Positions 61,865 to 64,000 of a DNA stretch of 64,000 bases are shown here, piece after piece (position 1 is the first letter of the stretch; each line of letters starts with the position of its first letter). A model generated the notes under the pieces. That model did not search any database and was not told where the DNA came from. It worked only from the letters and a program-made list of their open reading frames with translations. The position numbers and the translations under genes are program-made. Origin of the DNA: a virus. Location of the stretch: IMG/VR virus record IMGVR_UViG_3300045988_114464, positions 49,687 to 113,686 of that record, one strand, 5' to 3'.

Positions 61865-62139
61865 TAGTCTTTCTTTGGATGAGTATAACTCATTGCATTG
61901 GTTGAATCTCCAAAACCGCTGGTCGTAGTATCAATTAGCGAGTTCCAAATATTAACCAGAACCAAACCCAAACAATAGGGATTGGACACTGTGTTCTTGA
62001 TTACATCAATTACACCTTGCCATGTAGTTAAATCTGCCGCTGTTAGACCAGCGTAAGCAAGTGCGGTAGTTAGTGCGCCAAGAATTACATTAAACCAAAA
62101 TACTGGATTTCGTGCGCGAACTTTAAGATTTAGATTCAT
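61864..62139 (-). CDS. holin (phi LC3-like family)
   Basis: 91 aa with two hydrophobic segments. C-terminal DTTTSGFGDS..AM.Y..P is typical of this holin family. Sits directly downstream of the amidase. Confidence 0.6.
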   Translation of the reverse strand: MNLNLKVRARNPVFWFNVILGALTTALAYAGLTAADLTTWQGVIDVIKNTVSNPYCLGLVLVNIWNSLIDTTTSGFGDSTNAMSYTHPKKD

Positions 62140-62942
62140 TACTCTTCACTCCCATACATACCCGCTCTATCGTTAATAACAAGAACTCGTAACAAATCTT
62201 CACTCAAGTCAAGACCCTTGCCATTGCCCTTGAGATAGCCCTTGTCTACCAGCTTCTTAATAGTTGCCTTGCCCCAATCTGGAACTTCAGCAACGCTATT
62301 ATATACCTTGTTATACTTGCCATATACTTGTTCAGCAATCTTGCCAGCCACTTGATTAGCAATCTTCTTGGCTTCGGACTGAGCAATAGCTGTGGTTTCT
62401 GCTTTAGTCATGTCATTCTCCTTATTCTTTACCATGTTTAGGAAATTAGTCCACTGTTCATAATGTTCCACAAAGGGCTGGGGGCAACTCTTGTGAGTGC
62501 AGTGCCAGTGCATACACACATGGTTAATATCAATACCATATTGTTCCATTAGCCACTGAACCAGCTTTACAGTGCGCTTCTGGGTTTCCATAGTAATAAC
62601 ATATTCGCCGTTCTTCCAATCGCTACACATTTCAATACCAATGGAATTAACGTTGCGACAGCTATTGTAATAATAGCCTGTTTCACTACCACAGTGCCAT
62701 GCTGTATTAGCAAGGTTTACAGTTTGCCAAATCTCGTTCTCGTCAACAAAAAAATGTGCGCTTGCATTAAGCCCACCGCAACGAGCAAAATAATCAGCAT
62801 TGTTCTTTGCAGTATCACCCTTACCAGCAGTAAAGTGAATAACAATCCATTGAATCTTGTGCTTTACGCCATTCTTAGTACGACCATACATGAAATTAGA
62901 ATCATTACATTGCTTAAATTGAAAACAAGGTTTTTCTGCCAT
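62139..62942 (-). CDS. N-acetylmuramoyl-L-alanine amidase endolysin (Amidase_2/PGRP type)
   Basis: IVIHFTAG...SAHFFVDE...AWHCG...IGIEMC...H...SCP motifs. The C-terminal segment is a putative wall-binding region. Confidence 0.85.
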   Translation of the reverse strand: MAEKPCFQFKQCNDSNFMYGRTKNGVKHKIQWIVIHFTAGKGDTAKNNADYFARCGGLNASAHFFVDENEIWQTVNLANTAWHCGSETGYYYNSCRNVNSIGIEMCSDWKNGEYVITMETQKRTVKLVQWLMEQYGIDINHVCMHWHCTHKSCPQPFVEHYEQWTNFLNMVKNKENDMTKAETTAIAQSEAKKIANQVAGKIAEQVYGKYNKVYNSVAEVPDWGKATIKKLVDKGYLKGNGKGLDLSEDLLRVLVINDRAGMYGSEE

Positions 62943-62992
62943 TATATCACTTCCTTTAGAGAAAGGGGAGAGATGAACTCTCCCCTTGATAA

Positions 62993-63208
62993 TTACTTAT
63001 GAAGCAGACCGTTATCTTCCAGTAGCTTACGATAAGGAATGCTTAGAAGTTCTGGTACACCAGTCTTTTCAGCACGCCACTGAATATAAACGGCACGAGC
63101 AAGGTCGTCATGCTTGATGTTGTGGGCGTTATCCCACTTATCAAGTTGAACTCCAATATCTCCTTCAAGTTTTGCGATGTGTCGATGTTGTAGTTTGTAG
63201 TTGTACAT
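62993..63208 (-). CDS. hypothetical protein
   Basis: 71-aa ORF. Confidence 0.45.
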   Translation of the reverse strand: MYNYKLQHRHIAKLEGDIGVQLDKWDNAHNIKHDDLARAVYIQWRAEKTGVPELLSIPYRKLLEDNGLLHK

Positions 63209-63226
63209 AATTTTTTCTTCCTTTCT

Positions 63227-63676
63227 TTAGATACGAATGAAATCTTTGTCTTTCAGAAAACCGACATTATATGGGATTTTGTCATATATATTATACCCCA
63301 AATACGGATAAGTTACACAAGTGTTTTCATAATATTTTTCGGTAAAATACACTCTTATTGTAATGGTAAGCGTATTAGGATAAGATGTGGGCGAATAAAA
63401 ATTGCCTAACTGCACTCCTACTACTGGATATGTATTAGAAGAATCATCAAAACCCGATAAATAAATATAATCATTATAAATATTGGTATCGCCTATTGTT
63501 AATGTATTAGTGCAAGTAGCGCTTAGCAATTCAGCATAAACAGCACTACGTCTAACAGACTTTTTATTACTCCACGAACCACCTCGACTAAAAGTTACAC
63601 TGAACGTATAATCTTCATAAATCAATTTGTTTTTCTGCGGGTTTTCTTCTCCGAGATGATTGATGATACTATTCAT
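63227..63676 (-). CDS. hypothetical protein
   Basis: 149-aa ORF, Tyr/Asn-rich and beta-like. Confidence 0.5.
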   Translation of the reverse strand: MNSIINHLGEENPQKNKLIYEDYTFSVTFSRGGSWSNKKSVRRSAVYAELLSATCTNTLTIGDTNIYNDYIYLSGFDDSSNTYPVVGVQLGNFYSPTSYPNTLTITIRVYFTEKYYENTCVTYPYLGYNIYDKIPYNVGFLKDKDFIRI

Positions 63677-63695
63677 GCAATCACCTCGTTTCGGT

Positions 63696-64000
63696 TTAAT
63701 AGAACGCTACTACATAAGCCGATTCTTTCCCTTGTAAATGGTCTATGGTCATTGTTTTGCCAGAGAATGTTACATCTATATAATCGTTTTCTGAGTTGGA
63801 GTCGGCATAATGGTAAGTTATTGTTTGTTTGGAATAATAAATGTTTACTGAATATCCGTAATTGTATCCACTGGCGGAATAATCCATACTTAAAGAAACA
63901 AATTTCGGGACGTGAGAGAAAGTAATTTTTATTTCTTCGTTGCGGACTTCTGCTTCTTTGTATTCCGCAGTTAAGCCTTGCGCTTGTAAAGGTTCTCCCA
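63696..64000 (-). CDS. hypothetical protein, C-terminal part (frame open to the right window edge)
   Basis: The frame of ORF 63696-63887 stays open upstream to position 64000 (...GEPLQAQGLTAEYKEAEVRNEEIKITFSHVPKFVSLSMDY...). Confidence 0.45.
   Translation of the reverse strand, partial: GEPLQAQGLTAEYKEAEVRNEEIKITFSHVPKFVSLSMDYSASGYNYGYSVNIYYSKQTITYHYADSNSENDYIDVTFSGKTMTIDHLQGKESAYVVAFY

Noticed and set aside
1-64000. Search for tRNA, rRNA, CRISPR repeats, integrase or repressor genes.
   Set aside because: None of the intergenic gaps contains a cloverleaf-like sequence with a GTTCGAATC-type T-arm, and I saw no regularly spaced direct repeats. No ORF shows the tyrosine or serine recombinase or HTH-repressor signatures I can recognise by eye. 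Absence cannot be proven without tools.

Overview
The window looks like part of a large tailed-phage genome with two converging transcription arms. Strong AGGAGG ribosome-binding sites, sigma-A type promoters with a TG-extended -10, an SLH-domain protein, a phi-LC3-type holin and anaerobic NrdDG together suggest an anaerobic Firmicutes host. That host call is inference. Positions 1-26431 on the + strand carry a virion and tail module: Ig-domain structural proteins, a very long tape measure protein, baseplate-position proteins and several tail fibres. Positions 26482-64000 on the - strand carry nucleotide metabolism (dNMP phosphatase, dUTPase, ThyX-like, NrdD/NrdG, dCMP deaminase), replication and recombination (C-family DNA polymerase, RecD-like helicase, RecJ-like exonuclease, Gp157-like), anti-restriction functions (three DNA methyltransferases, Lar-like), a holin/amidase lysis cassette and many small ORFs. 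Three things stand out. (1) The only five G/C homopolymers of 8-9 nt sit at frame-breaking positions. Three are early in three different methyltransferase genes and two are in a short leader ORF, and their flanks are partly conserved. I read this as a candidate hypermutable (phase-variable) switch network in a phage. (2) There is a heavy load of selfish elements. Two group I introns are well supported, in nrdD and in the catalytic Asp motif of the DNA polymerase. Two further intervening sequences split tail structural genes (major structural protein and tape measure). There are seven homing-endonuclease-like genes and methyltransferase gene remnants. (3) A compact regulatory module recurs in which a sigma-A type promoter is nested inside a terminator hairpin. 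In several copies the 3' arm of the hairpin is the Shine-Dalgarno sequence of the next gene, and the arms covary between copies. I recognised no tRNA, rRNA, CRISPR array, integrase or repressor. All functional calls come from motif recognition by eye; no database search was run.
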